Notes under the pieces: model-generated
What the model was told of the DNA's origin: nothing
Seen by the model: the letters and a program-made list of their open reading frames with translations, nothing else
Databases searched by the model: none
Sequence record: NC_054909.1
Length of the DNA: 64,000 nt
From: Escherichia phage EC121
Reading direction: 5' to 3' (one strand)
Position numbers and translations under genes: made by a program
In this document: positions 63,952-64,000 of the stretch, one piece after another
Numbering within the stretch: position 1 is the first letter of the stretch
Layout: each line of letters begins with the position of its first letter

Positions 63952-64000
63952 ATGACTTTATTATCTCCGGGCATTGAGCTCAAAGAAACTACGGTTCAAA
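63952..64000 (+). CDS. 18: tail sheath protein gp18, first 16 codons only
   Basis: GAGGA RBS then MTLLSPGIELKETTVQ; runs off window end. Confidence 0.8.
   Translation, partial: MTLLSPGIELKETTVQ

Overview
This window is a T4-like (T-even, Tequatrovirus-type) phage genome segment running from the end of the gene 46 region to the start of gene 18. Gene order, protein lengths and several near-identical proteins (lysozyme e, thymidine kinase, thioredoxin NrdC, fibritin with its C-terminal foldon) match phage T4 as I recall it; no database search or alignment was run. Early and middle genes lie on the minus strand from 1 to about 43340: 46, an HNH homing endonuclease, 47, alpha-glucosyltransferase, 55, nrdH-like, nrdG, a GIY-YIG homing endonuclease, intron-less nrdD, 49, nrdC, a roughly 10 kb block of unknown genes, rI, tk, a macro-domain protein, regB, a GrcA-like glycyl-radical protein, two internal-protein genes, e, nudE, a paralogous membrane-protein array, 11 tRNA genes, ipI, 57B/Acb1, 57A, 1, 3, 2, 4. 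Late structural genes lie on the plus strand from 43387: 53, 5, 5.1, 5.4, 6-12, wac, 13-17 and the start of 18. Regulatory syntax is readable directly: GTTTAC-N17-TAnnnT early promoters on the minus strand, TATAAATA late promoters, and GC-rich hairpin terminators. I did not find one single clear-cut novel system. The strongest candidates are in the accessory regions: a terminator-flanked, late-promoter-driven gene for a capsid-targeting-tagged protein next to the tRNA cluster; a GrcA-like protein with a capsid-targeting-like N-terminus; four consecutive genes sharing a C-terminal FVxxCRK motif; a P-loop ATPase plus nucleotidyltransferase-fold pair; a macro-domain protein; and a family of about 60 aa helical proteins. 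All functional calls rest on motif reading and recalled T4 knowledge and need HMM or structure confirmation.
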